Assembly (NCBI GenBank): GCA_026026165.1
Contig: JAPEUD010000003.1
Location: 434,001 to 498,000, forward strand
DNA: 64,000 bases
Reading direction: 5' to 3'
From: Sarea resinae
Taxonomy: Eukaryota
Shown here: piece by piece, positions 15,419-28,600 of the stretch
Numbering within the stretch: position 1 is the first letter of the stretch
Layout: each line of letters opens with the position of its first letter
Position numbers and translations under genes: made by a program
The notes under the pieces: model-generated
Database searches by the model: none
Told to the model about the DNA's origin: nothing
Seen by the model: only the letters and a program-made list of their open reading frames with translations

Positions 15419-16631
15419 ATGCCATTGTGCACCTCCGCAGCATGGCTCCTCATCTGCCATGCCATTCTCGCGCTGTGGACTTCGCTGGCTGCAGCCGTTA
15501 GCAGCGAGAAGCCGCTCCAGCCCATCCAGAAACCCACCTACGGACCAGGCCAGGCTATCCCCGTATCATGTCTGAACAGAACAATGTGAGTGGTATCTGC
15601 TCTGATCTGCCAGATCTTGTCTTTGTTCCAGAGAAGACTGCTGACCTGTAAGCACTTAGCGATACCGGCGAACATGTATGTTGTCCTCAACCTGCGACCT
15701 GCCCCGAACAACACCAGCATTGACACAGCTCTGTTGCTTAGGGCTTCAGGCTTGGAGTGTTTCCGATATTCTGACGTGCTCGGCTTGGACAGATTGCAGA
15801 TGCTCAAGGCCAATTGCAGTACATCCCCTTTCCTACATGCAACGAAACCGGCCGCCCACTGGAGCTTTACTTTGGCGTCGAAAAAGGTTGCTTTCACTCT
15901 TGGCTGTGCAAATCACAGACAGATTCTAGGGGCAATGGCTTACGGGGCAGATTTCAGATATCAATTGCACCATCTCCGAAATCTCAGACCCATTCTTCCA
16001 TCTCCTCGAGTTTTACGTCCACAATGACGCACCGCTAACGTGCCGAATACCCTCACGACCTTTGATCTCCCTGACAGGAGAACGAGAAATTGCTCCGAGC
16101 ACCGGGTCATCCTCGCTCGCAACTGCAGATGATGAATACATCCCGCTCATCTTTGCCTTGACGGGCGCCCTTCAATCCTCACATCTACACATCTCCAACA
16201 ACCTCAACGTTCTCATCCACGCTGCGCCAAAGTCCACTTATCCGGGGGTTGTCTCCGCCGCCATTGCTTACTCTATCTCTCACGCTACTCGCAACACCCG
16301 TATCATCATTGGTGATCCCCTTCCCCTCCGCCTCAGCGTCCGCTGGTATCCTAACACCGTCCTGCCATCCGGCTGGCGAGGCGTCGGCGGCCATTTGTAC
16401 CTCAGTACCTTTGTCTATTGTCTGCTATCCGCAGGTGCAGCAACCGCTATCTGTGTTGCATATTTCAGAGGCATCGATCTCCCGAAACGGCTGCGAAGTC
16501 ATGGGCGGGAGAGGCTAGGTCTGGCCGAAATGGGAAGAGGATATAGTGGATATGGGTATGGAGTCGGGGCTAATGGTGGAGGCGTGGGGAACGGATATGG
16601 TATCAGTACGGGCATTGGAAAAAGGGATTAA
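15419..16631 (+). CDS. Hypothetical fungal protein with signal peptide, C-terminal TM helix and Gly/Tyr-rich tail
   Basis: MPLCTSAAWLLICHAILALWTSLAAAV signal-like start, IPVSCLNRT, QYIPFPTCNETGRPL, several micro-exons, last exon with TM segment STFVYCLLSAGAATAICVAYF. Internal exon structure not fully resolved. Confidence 0.7.
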
Positions 16632-17166
16632 GGACGTGGCCCTGACCCTGGTCTTGCCAGGATTACGAATCAGAGAGAGAATGTCTATGTTTTGCGTACA
16701 TAGTTGTAGTTGTACTTGCTTCTGCCTTGAGCAGAGATCAAAGCACCCTGGGAATCAGAAACCTTTGATGTCGAAATTCTACTGAATGTCATGAGAAAAA
16801 GGGAGAACCAATTCCTCGTTATAGGTACTATAGGCATCTAAACGGTAATACGTGGACCAAAAGTGAGGTCACGGCATACAAATCAGTGACTCTACGTACT
16901 ACGTAGTACAGCCCTGGTCTATGAACCTGGCCAGCCTGGTATCAACCAATGTGTGGGCAGGATATGATAAAGGCTGGCGGCCTGCCGTGCCAAAGCCTCA
17001 GCTCTTCCTCTGTCGCACAGCCTTGCTATGCACAGCCGCCGAATGGGAAGGAATCCAGAGGGTCTTGGACACAATGATAGGCACCTTCCTGCCTTTTGGG
17101 TCGAGAAATTGATGAGACTTCTCTCTCTTGCTTTCTCTCTCTCGATATCATTTGCCATAGGACATC

Positions 17167-20007
17167 ATGAGCTTTGGTTATAGTATCGGCGATATCATTA
17201 CTGCCGCCCAGCTGGCACGCAAAATTCGAAAGGAGTTTGTTGATGCACCAGACGAGTACAAAGCAATTCGCGACGAGTGAGAGAGTCACTTCGATAGCAT
17301 TGCTTTGCCGCTGACTTTATTTTTAGTGTCAATAGCCTTCGGATCGTTCTTGAGAGCATCGACGACACCCAATCAGAGCAGGAAATTACGGATGAGCAAG
17401 AGAGGGAGTTAGCGACAATCAGTACAGGATGTTTCAACGTCCTCTCGGAACTTGATCAGGTCCTCGATAGATACCGTGCCCTTGACACGGACCCTAGCAG
17501 CTTGGGTGCCAAGTCGCGGAAGGTATGGAAAAAACTCAGATGGGAACCGAATGATATAAGAGATCTTCGCTCTCGTATCACGTCAAACGTGAACCTCTTG
17601 AATGCGTTCAATGGAAGCCTGAACAAGTAGGTAGCAGAGACCTAAAGAGATGGATTAGTGATCTGATATCGGTATAGCAAACTGTCTCTTGCCGCCAAAC
17701 AAGGCGTGGATCGATTGAACAGGACCGAAGATGACCAGCACTGTCGGACCATAGTAGACTGGTTGTCTCCACTAGATTTCTCTGGACAGCAGACGGATTT
17801 CGTCAATAGAAGAGAGCGAGGGACCGGTCAGTGGTTTCTAGAGTCTCCGGAATTCAAGGCCTTGCGAGATGGAGCTGAAGGGACGCTCTTCTGTCCTGGA
17901 ATACCTGGAGCTGGCAAGACGATCGTAGCATCACTCGTGATCGACGAGTTGTGGAATCATCTCCAGGGTCACGAAGACTACGGTCTTGCCTATATATACT
18001 GTGGTTATAAGAGGCATGAGGAGCAGAAGTATGTGGATCTCATCGCAAGCCTACTTAAGCAAATTGTACATGGACGGCACTCTCTTCCCTCTGAGCTTGT
18101 GACTCTCTACCAGCAACATAGCCGTAAGGGTACCCGGCCAAACGCCGACGACATCTTGGCCATACTATATTCGGTTCTGGACGACTACTCAAAAGTTTTC
18201 ATCGTCGTTGATGCACTGGATGAATGCGGGAACACCGACGGCAGTCGAAATAGACTGCTATCCGAAATGTTGAGACTGCAGGCTCGAACGAAGGCGCAGG
18301 CAAAGCTCCTAGCAACATCGCGCTTCATCCCAGACATAGTGCAAGCCTTTGAGGGGTGCCTATCAATAGAAATACGCGCCCAAGAGGAAGATGTACGACA
18401 ATATCTAGACAGCCAAATGTCACTACTACCATCGTTTGTTTCCCGAATGCCAGATCTAAGAGACATGATAAAAGCGGAGATCGTCAAGGCAGTTGACGGG
18501 ATGTATGTCGTTTTTTCATGTCAACATCTCGGAAGGCTGCTAAAATCTCGATAGGTTTCTACTTGCACTACTTCATCTGAACTCGTTAACAGACAAAATT
18601 ACCCCTAGTGCCATCAAGCAATCTTTACTTAAATTGCCAAAAGGGTCCCGCGCACTTGATCTGGCATACAAGGAAGCAATAGAAAGAATTGAGGGCCAGC
18701 AACCTGGCTTTGTGGAAATTGCGAAACAAGCCTTCTCTTGGATCACATACGCTGAGAGGCCTTTGACCACCTTGGAATTTCAACATGCTCTATCAGTCGT
18801 TGTTGGCCAGACAGAACTGGATGAAGACAATGTTCCTGATGTGGAAGATGTTCTTTCAGCGTGCGCTGGCCTACTCATCGTGGATCAGGAGAGCAACATA
18901 ATCCGGATGGTGCATTATACGACACAGGAATACTTCGAGCGAATTAGGGAATCTTGGATACCTAACGCTCAGGCGTATATCACCTCGGCCTGCCTTACTT
19001 ATCAGATGTTTGATATGTTCTCCCACCGTGACCCCCGCTTACCGAGCGATCCATTTTTTGATAGATTACGTCACTACAAGCTTATGAAGTACGCAGCAAA
19101 TTATTGGGGTTGTCACGCTCGCCAGTCTCCCTCGTATGCAGTCAAAGACTTGATCCTACGCTTTTTAAAGGATGTGCCTAAGCTGTCTTTCTCTCTTGGT
19201 GTTCTGATTTCTGGCCAGTCGTCATATTTGTTCACGTTGAAAGTAGTAGCATCGGGCATGATTGTCGCAGCAATATTCGGACTGAAGGACATCATTATTC
19301 TCTTGCTGGACAACGGTTTAGATCCAGACTGTAAGGGGAGCGGTTCCCGAGGCCAGCTGGGTTCGACACCGTTGATTGAAGCGGCTTATGCCGGGCACAA
19401 GGCAATTGTGGAATTGCTACTAGAGCGGGAGGATGTCGTAGCTGATAGGGCTAATAGAACTGGCCTAACTCCCCTCATAGCAGCAGCCGAGAGTGGCCAC
19501 GAGTCTATCGTGGAGTTGCTACTAGAGCGGAAGGATGTCGTGGCTGATAAGGCTAATAAATCTGGCCAGACTCCTCTTATAGCAGCAGCTAAGAGGGGCC
19601 ACGAGTCCATTGTGAAGTTGCTAGTAGAGCGGGATGATGTTAAAGCTAATAGGGCTGATGATACTAGCCTGACTCCTCTTATAGCAGCAGCTAGGGGTGG
19701 TTACGAGTCTATCGTGGAGTTGTTAGTAAAGCGGAAGGATGTTGTAGCTGACAGGGCTGATAGCAAAGGCATGACTCCATTAGCATGGGCAACGCGGGGT
19801 GGGCATGCAGCAATGGTCGAGTTGCTTATAGAAAAAGCTAGGGCGCATGCACCCCTTTCCCACGGCAGCGATATCATTCACCTTGCCTTCATGGCAGGGA
19901 AATCTGAGCGCTTTCCAGTTTCATCTTATCAACCATCGTGGATATACTCGCCACGGCCTTGCCGTGTTACGGGCCAGGCATCAGTGCACAGACTCTTTGA
20001 TCGATGA
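17167..20007 (+). CDS. Fungal NLR-like STAND protein: HeLo-like N-terminal domain, NACHT-type NTPase, winged helix, ankyrin repeats
   Basis: MSFGYSIGDII..WKKLRW N-terminal domain, Walker A GIPGAGKT, Walker B FIVVDALDE, GMFLLA, RPLTTLEFQHAL, VHYTTQEYF, five TPL..A..GH ankyrin repeats; three introns. C-terminus may extend to 20360. Confidence 0.9.
19366..19835 (+). repeat. Five ankyrin repeats with a 102-bp period inside the NLR gene
   Basis: 34-aa units TPLIxAAxxGHxxIVxLLxxRxDVxADxA with recognisable nucleotide-level similarity. Confidence 0.85.
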
Positions 20008-20937
20008 GGTTCAGCCTCGTGGTTGGAGTCATTTTCGGAGATGTGGCTATTGTTTTCATGTGAGTTGCGCAATTCACACTTTCAGTCGATACGATATTGA
20101 GCACATCTCAGGAAATAATCGGAGCTCTCTATAAGGTTGTCTGCAAAACAGGCCCAGAAAGGACTTATTGCTTTATGTGTTTCCAGAGTTTAAAGATGCT
20201 ATACTCTGAGGACGAGTGGCATATATACCGTGAATCAGAAGGCGAATTCGAATCAGATATGGAGCCCCGTTCAGGCGACGAGTCCGAATCAGATACGGAG
20301 TCGGATTCAGGCGACGATTTCGAATCAGATATGGAGTCGGAGTCAGACTGGGAGTATTAGTCAGAGATTCAGATGAATAAAGTTTTCGACGTGGAGGAGG
20401 AGGAGAAGGAGAATGAGGAGAAGACGAGAGAGAGGGGCAGTCATACAGCAGAAGCTTTATTAACGCCCTGAGAATATGCAGCATACACCAATACCAGATT
20501 CTCTATTTTCTTGAACACATCCACATCCCGACCCACGACCAGTCCGACTATATTACTCTGCCACTTTTCCGTCCCTCATTGCCAATCCGTAGGTAGTGTG
20601 CAGATGATTCATGTATATCGTCATACCATGCATCATTCTCATATGGCAATTCTACTACACATTGCCAGGAAAACACGGTCCAAGACGTATAAAACTTACT
20701 CGGTCTGACTGCCTTCCCTCAATCAGCACCATTACGGGCTCTATATTCCCGTCGTCGACCCCTGAGGCGGACAATAAGCCGTCGAGCGCTCGGCTTACGT
20801 GATCCGCTTCGGCTGTGCACATTGCGCTTTTGCCCCACGAAACTTAGCGGCTTGGCGAACACAAGCACAAGCACAATTTCACGAAATTCATCATCCGATA
20901 GCAACAAGTTCACCGAAGCATCGCGATCAAGCCCAAC

Positions 20938-21983
20938 ATGTCTAAGACCGCAAGGTGAGGCCTTCTAGGTTATTGCTGTTGTCTTTCTTGTCTGCTAACA
21001 GGATTCCTTTTCCAGCCGCGCCGACTGGGCCGATGATGAAGAGTTCGATGACCCTTCCGCCCTCCCTCCCCAGACCGTCTCCACCAACAAGGACGGCACC
21101 AAAACCATAGTTTCATACCGCTTCAACGACGACGGCAAGAAGGTCAAGTCGACTCGCCGCATCAAGACGACCGTGATCCGAGAGAAGGTCAACCCGCGAG
21201 TGGCGGAGCGCAAGGGATGGGCCAAGTTCGGACTCGAGAAGGGCCACGCCGCCGGCCCGTCGCTTGACACGACCAGCGTGGGCGAGAACATCATCTTCCG
21301 ACCCAGCGTCAACTGGAAGGTCAACGCCAAGGAGGAGAAGGCCGATAAAGGCAGCATGAAGGACCAGCTCAAGGACAAGAAGGTCAAATGCCGTATCTGC
21401 GGTGGCGACCATTTCACGGCTCGGTGTTCGTTCAAGGATACCATGGCGCCCATGGACGAGGTAGGTGGAATCGGTGGCGATGTCGATGGCAGCGGCAGGG
21501 GCACTCCGGATCCTGCCGGTGGCCTTGGCCAGAGCGGATCCAGCTACGTGCCGCCGCATATGCGAAAAGGTGCCGGTGCTGGTGCGGGAGATAGGATGGG
21601 TGGCAAGTTCGAGAGAGACGATTTGGCTACATTGCGTGTCACCAACGTAAGTTTTATCATCCGAATGCCAAGGTCTGGATCTAATCTCGTCTACAGGTGA
21701 GCGAGTTCGCCGAAGAGCAGGATCTCCGGGACATGTTCGAGCGGTTCGGCCGCGTCACGCGAGTCTTCTTGGCCAAGGATCGGGAGACTGGACGGGCCAA
21801 GGGCTTCGCTTTTATCAGTTTCCAAGAGCGCACCGATGCTGCCAAGGCTTGTGAGAAGATGGACGGCTGTAAGTGATTGCCCGCTTTTCTTTTGGTTTGT
21901 GCTTGCTAACACACATTGCGTTGCCTTTAGATGGCTACGGTCACTTGATTCTCCGCGTGGAGTTTGCGAAGCGATCGCAGTAG
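20938..21983 (+). CDS. TIF35: Translation initiation factor eIF3 subunit g
   Basis: [21 protein letters not shown], zinc knuckle [50 protein letters not shown]. Confidence 0.96.
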
Positions 21984-22775
21984 ATTGTTATTTGCATCAT
22001 CTGGATGGGTTCTATGGAGTTGGCCGACAAATAGGATTTCTGTTCTTAGATATATGGGGCTCTGTCCTTTGCCTCGTCTGAACTGAATGAATGGATGAAC
22101 TGAGTGAACTGAGTGAGCTGAGTGGACTGAGTGAACCGAGTGAAATGAACTGGGAGTCGTCAAGGCATCTACTGGCTATGATGGAGGAATTCCTATCGCT
22201 CATTTCTATCGCCCCGGCTTCTTTGTCTGTGACCGAATGGCTTGCAGGTCCACATGCACATGCACATGCACATCCACGTCGACGTCGACGTCCACTTCCC
22301 CTGATACCTCCATCGGCACCTCTCACACCCTCAACCGACTAAAACCGCGGTCCTGCACTCGACACACTCGACACCTTTGACGCACTCTATACCCATCTCA
22401 ACCTCAACCTCAACCTCTCCCTCCATCTATACCTCTCCCTCTACCTCTACCTCCAACCCTACCTCTATCTTATCTCTACAGAATACTCGCGGACAAGAAG
22501 TAATAAGAGCCAGCCATCTCTACAGCACACAAGCAAGCAAACAATTCGTAACAAAAGCCCCCTCTACTCCTCTGCACTGTACTATTAGCACCTTGAAAAC
22601 AATCACGAGAGAAAAAAGAAAAAAAAAAGGAGAAGGAGGAAGAGAGAGTAGAAGAGAGGAAGAGAGGGTAGAAGGTAGGTAGTAAGGTAGTAAGTAGGAT
22701 AGTGAAATAGTGACATAGTAGAAGGTAGTAGGATAGTAAGATACTAGACAGCACGTCTGTTCAAGCTAGGGAAAG

Positions 22776-22780
<5 letters not shown>

Positions 22781-22810
<30 letters not shown>
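22781..22810. repeat. (GT)n dinucleotide microsatellite
   Basis: Directly visible. Confidence 0.95.
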
Positions 22811-22815
<5 letters not shown>

Positions 22816-23271
22816 CTGTGTGTGTGTATTACTCTTACTTTCTTAGGACTTGGTTTCTCTCGACTTTCGCTGTTTTCTTTCTCTCCTCTAAACAGGTTTC
22901 TAGTCGTCCTCTCTACCTTTAGCTAGCACGTGTCTACTATGTGTTAGAAGAAGAACAGGTGGTATGAATGTTTAAAACTTAAATAGTCATTGTATAGCCT
23001 ACTATAAAACACATATAACTACAACTAAAAAAACAAAACAGAAAACACATATCGATACACTCTCTTAGATCTAATTAATATACCTATCCTCTTTAACTCT
23101 TATACCTCTTACCTTCTTACACTTCTAACACTTATTACTAGATAGTAAAGGACTAGCAGCTAAGAAATAAACATCTATCCTACCTATCTAAGTGCGTGTA
23201 TATATATCACACTACTACAGTAGAGGAGAGGAAAGAGAGAAGAGAAGAGAGAGAAGAGAAGAGAGAAAAGA

Positions 23272-23432
23272 GAAGAGAGGAGAGAGGAGAGAGGAGAGAG
23301 GAGAGAGGAGAGAGGAGAGAGGAGAGAGGAGAGAGGAGAGAGGAGAGAGGAGAGAGGAGAGAGGAGAGAGGAGAGAGGAGGAGAGAGGAGAGAGGAGAGA
23401 GGAGAGAGGAGAGAGGAGAGAGGAGAGAGGAG
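23272..23432. repeat. (GAGAGGA)n heptanucleotide polypurine tract
   Basis: About 20 tandem 7-mers, purine-only on the + strand. Confidence 0.95.
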
Positions 23433-24076
23433 AAGTTAGAGTGGATCGATATAAATATGATGACCGCGACAATATCCCTTAATCCACTCTCTCTCTCTTG
23501 ATCTAGTATGAAAATCTCTGTGCGTCTCTATCCTTCTATCTCTTCTGCCTCTAGCCAGCTACCCTAGCCAGCCAGCTGGCTAGCTAACTGGTCCGTTCGG
23601 CGTTAGAAAAGGGGATAGATATCTGTGTCTGTGTCTGTGTCCGTGTATAAAGACTACCTATTATTCTCATTCTTCTCCTTATTTTTGATCTTGTCCTCAT
23701 TCTTGTCCCTGTCCTCGTCCTCATTCTCAATTCTTTCTCATCCCCGCGGGCCACGATTCCCCCTTATACAACTTCAGCTTCATTGCTATAGACTCGAGTC
23801 TTGCTGTGTATTGACCTCTTGTCTCTGTCTACCTACTCATCCACGCATCCACACATCCACCTGCCTGCCTACCTACCTGCCTACCTAACACAGAGAGGAA
23901 AATAAAAATACCATCTCCTGCCCTACCTTATCTCAAGCAACCCGATTGACGTCACCGTTCCGACCCGACGACCCCTTACCTTACCTTACGTTAGGTTACG
24001 TTGCGTTCCAATCCCACCTGGATAGGTCGATACCTGGGTACATCGTACATTCGTCCTCCGTCCGTCGCATCGCAGA

Positions 24077-24330
24077 ATGTCAACATCACGACTTCTGCTC
24101 AGGCCGGCCGCCCACCACCACCACCACTCCTTCAATCATCATGACGGCTACATGTGCACAACGAGAGCGGTGACGGCACTTTCCACGCGCTGCGGTCGAG
24201 CGCCCAATAGTGGTAGTGGCCTTGGCCGGCGTGCGTACGTCTCGAGCGGATTTATTTTGTCTGGGTCGGATCGCAATCATCATGCCCTAATTTCTCCGTC
24301 TACATCTCCCGCTTCTTTATTCCCGTCGAT

Positions 24331-24364
<34 letters not shown>

Positions 24365-25669
24365 CCATCGGCGCCATCGCAATCGTCCAGCAAGAGTCGT
24401 GACGAGAAGAGAAAAATAGATCATCGTCTGTTTCGCTATCAGCACCATCAGCACCGGCCATATACGTCGTCGTCGACGATGGATACCATGGCGTCCATGT
24501 TCACGGGAAACAAATTCGACCCGAACAAGGAAATCCCGGACCTCGCAGGCAAGGTAGATAGCGTCTTCAACACCTTATTGAAAAAAACTCACAGTTCATG
24601 CATAGGTCTTCGTCGTCACCGGCGGCACGGCGGGAATCGGCTTCGGCATCGTGGCCCACCTCCTGCAGCACAAGCCCGCCAAGATCTACCTGCTCTCCAA
24701 CAAAGAAGAGCATGCGGATGAGGCGCTCGAGGAGCTGAAGAAATGGGGCAATGTCGACGTCTGCCAGTGGGTGAAATGCAACTTGTTGAACCTGGGGCAG
24801 ACCGATCAGGTCGCCAAAGAGATGTCCAAGCTCCCAAAGCTCGATGCTGTGAGCCACAAAGAAACCTCCCACTGATTCATCTGACCGCTGACATTGCTCG
24901 CTCCCAGCTCATCTGCAACGCCGGCATAGGCGTGGGCAAGTATGACTTGAGCGAAGACAACATCGGTGCGCCCCCCTTTTGTGCAACACGACAACAGATC
25001 TGGCCCCTCTAACAAGCAATCACAGACTCCCATTTCCAGATCAACCACCTCTCGCAATTCCACCTATCTCTAACCCTCCTCCCCCTTCTCCTCAAGACTC
25101 CCAACTCCCGTCTCGTCTTCCAATCCTCCGACCTCCACCGCGCCGCCCCTTCCTCGATTAAATTTGCCTCTCTCGCTGAAATAAATGACGACATCGGTCC
25201 CAGCAACCTGTATGCGCGCACGAAACTCGCGCAGATCCTCTTCACCAAGGCTCTCGTGCGCCGTCTCGAGATGGGCCAGCTGCCAGGACAGTCCTCGGCC
25301 GAGGGAGAACAAAAAGGCAAGATCCCCGCCATCTGGATCAACGCCACGCATCCGGGTGCCGTGGATACGGACCAGCCGGAACAATCCATCGACGCCTACG
25401 GCAAAATCGTCAAGCCGGCCGTTAGCCTTGTTCGCAATTTTATGAAAGACCCCGTCCAGGAAGGTTGTCGACCTGCTCTATTCGCAGCCACGAGCCCGGA
25501 TGTTATCAAGGAGGAGATTCAGGGCGGTTATATCGTGCCTGATCGAAAGGTCACGGCACCGTCGAGCCAGGCGGGCGATGTAGCATTGGGGGAGAATCTG
25601 TGGGGATTGAGTGTGCGGCTTCTGACGGAGAAAGTTGGACCGCTGTCTTATCAGCCAAGCAAGGTGTGA
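24077..25669 (+). CDS. Short-chain dehydrogenase/reductase (retinol dehydrogenase/WWOX-like)
   Basis: IPDLAGKVFVVTGGTAGIG, LICNAGIG, HFQINHL, YARTKLA (YxxxK), ATHPGAVDT; ends QPSKV. Start may be 24077, 24479 or 24488. Confidence 0.88.
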
Positions 25670-28600
25670 GGAGTGAAGGGCACAATGGACTGTGAATTCG
25701 AAAAATGTATCAAGCTTAGCCGGCCATTTCAGGTGTGCTCGTCATTCATCGTGTGCATTCGTTATCCGTCGCCATGCATAGCTATCGCAGTAGTCCCCTC
25801 CCCTCCCCTTCCAGCAGGCCGTAGATGCCGACGTACAAAAACACAGCATATCTAGATATTACACTAGACAGCATTGCCATCTGGGAAACATCTTGAATCG
25901 TTCAGGCCAGATGATTAGCCAGGTAAGTCTCTATACTCCAGTCAATCCATCAAATATCAACCAACGGCGTGTATATGTGATTTGTTGGGCTTCAGATGAG
26001 CAGCGCTGAGCACGGAACAATTAGGAGACAAATCTCTAACACTGTGTCTACTGAGATCATTTGGCAAAGCTGTCAGCAGGGTCTGAAACGGACGATGGAA
26101 TCCTGATGATGCATCAATTTGCCAGACGTTTGCAGTATGTCAGCATCCACTGATCATGTTACTGTCCCTAGAGCCAGCATATAGAACTTAGATGGATGGC
26201 TGGATGGATGATCAGTAGACATGTCAGTGGATGTATTGTTAGTGACTAGGTTGTTAGTGAAAATGCACTGCAATGCGACGCTTTTGCTGTAGTCACATAC
26301 ACGCAGCAGAATGCTGGATAAACGTGAATATGCGATGCGAATTCGATACTGCGTTCCTGAGGTTTAGCAGCATCTCAGCCGCGGAATCAATTACCGAGGT
26401 TACCTGTTGCTGAGGAAATCAAAGGTCCCCTCTCGTGATGCCTTCCTCGTTCGATGCTGATTTGAAGGAGGCGGCGCAGTGCTACAAAGAGGGGTAATTG
26501 CAAAGACGCGAGCAACGAATGAAACAGACACTTTCCTGTTTCTCTCGGGGAATTGACAAAGGGGGGCAATATGTGTGTTCAAACGCGCGCACTGACTTGC
26601 ATTTCAGCAGGATAATTTGGGGCATTGGACCGAGAGAGCGCGAAAGGACGAGGCGTGGCTTTGGCCAGAAACAATTAAACCTGCATTTGGGAGATTGCTC
26701 GCACCTCCGATGGGGGCCCTTCGAGGTCAGCGTTACGAGGCTATTGTTGAAGCGAAAAGAGGAGGTTGTGATTAGGCGAGTCACGATGATTGCTCACGGC
26801 CTTGGAGATGGCCTGCTGGACACTCGGTGACTGAGCCAATGAACCGATGCAAGGCCAAATTGGGTGCGACAAGTCCCTCATGGCTGAATTCATGGTGGAA
26901 AGGGTTGGAGGTGAGAATGACGTTGCTTGGACCTCTGCTCTCATCGATTGATTGATTGATTGATTGATGCATCGTCGCTGGGACCAGGATTGGGCGGAGA
27001 GAAGATGGAGCCTGGAGGTGCGACATTATTGTTCTCGTCATGGTGCCATTTGACGGTGGTCGGCATCGTGAGATTCTCGCCCGAGAAGGATATACGAAAG
27101 AGACCTCTCTCTTTTGACTACCTGGTACTTTCCCGTCCCTCAAAGAGGAGGCGGATGCATGTACTCTGTATGCAAGCATCCATACATCCATGTACGTCTA
27201 GGCCCTCGAAGAGCTCGAAGAGGGACGATTTGTCCAGTTCCTGCGGCGACGTTGCAGCAGTTCAAGATTTCTTCATCCTCCGCGGTGCCGTTCAGACATG
27301 GTTGAGCGGGCGTTGCTTGATCGAGTAGGGTGTGGCTCGAGGTGGTGTCGGGGCTATGGGTAAGGTAAGAGGAAGAGGAAGGCAAGAGGGGCAGGCATAG
27401 GCAGGGTGTTCTTGACCCTGGCGGATCAAATCGGAATCGGAATGGCTCTGGGACGATTAGAGTGTGGGCGTGAGCCCAGCCGGAGGGCATCGTGGATGGA
27501 TGATCATGATCATGGCCGACAGATGGAGGTTGTGCGCGAAATACATTAGTGCCGCATCATGCATAAGGTGATGCAATGCCCTGACAGTATCCTCGAACGC
27601 TGAAGTTACCTTTTACTTCCTTGCTCGCTGGAGAGGAGTGGAAGTAGTCCGGAGTATCCTCAGACTCATCCAGGCAAGACGTACGACGTAGTCCATCAAC
27701 AGAATTAATTGTACTGGTCATGCTCTCGGCACTCATACTCAGACATGCCTGTCGAGGATTGATAGAGACATTGGATGGAGTTCGAATGAAATCCTCTCAT
27801 CGAGCTAAGCAGACCCTTTCTACGTGCCCTTCACGTCCACGTCCACGTCCACGTCCACGTCCACGTCTGCCACGTTTGGCTTCGCTTGGCCATGTCGGTG
27901 TGTGCTCAGCCCTCATGTTCCATGATCCATTGTCATGCAATGCCCAAAAGGGCCTCAAAAAGACTTGCATCGGTGGTGATGAGAACGACTGTTATCTGCG
28001 GGAAATTAGCATTTGCTGACTTCTCATCGACATGCCTATCAGCATCATTAGTCACGGCACCGTACTTCGTACTCTTCGTACTTGTCAGGTACTGCCCGTA
28101 CCGCCCAAGTCGTATGGATGGCACCACAGATATCGTTCAGCAATCGTACTGGCCGGATTATCATGATTATCAGACGGCCTATTTAGTCTCGGGGGTGGGG
28201 CAGTACCGTCGTGGTCCTCTACGGTGTACATGGCAGCTACATGCAAAGAACCGTCCCGTCCTGGTTCAAGTATCGCCCGGTGGTTCGTTCGTGTGTTCGT
28301 GTCTGATCGTCAGGTCAGGGTTAGTTAGGGTACCCGAGGCACGAAGCAGAGAGAGGATTAGCAGAGGGGATTAGCAGAGAGAGGATTAGCAGGGAGCCCG
28401 AGGGATTACTCCCAGTGCGACGATGCTTGCCCTGCTCATTCGACCCAGCCCCTTTCGGGAATGGTGGCTCATGACGTATTCAGCGACCTGCCAGACAAGG
28501 CGCGCAACACGGCTGCGCCCTTCGCATCGTTATTGGCGCACACACACACACGCACACACACGGCAGCCGCTATGGTGGGCTCGACGATGATATGATCACG

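Noticed and set aside
16530..16631. Gly/Tyr/Asn-rich tail next to the NLR as an amyloid signalling motif
   Set aside because: The NLR already has its own N-terminal effector-like domain and no matching motif; the tail follows a TM helix of an unrelated protein.
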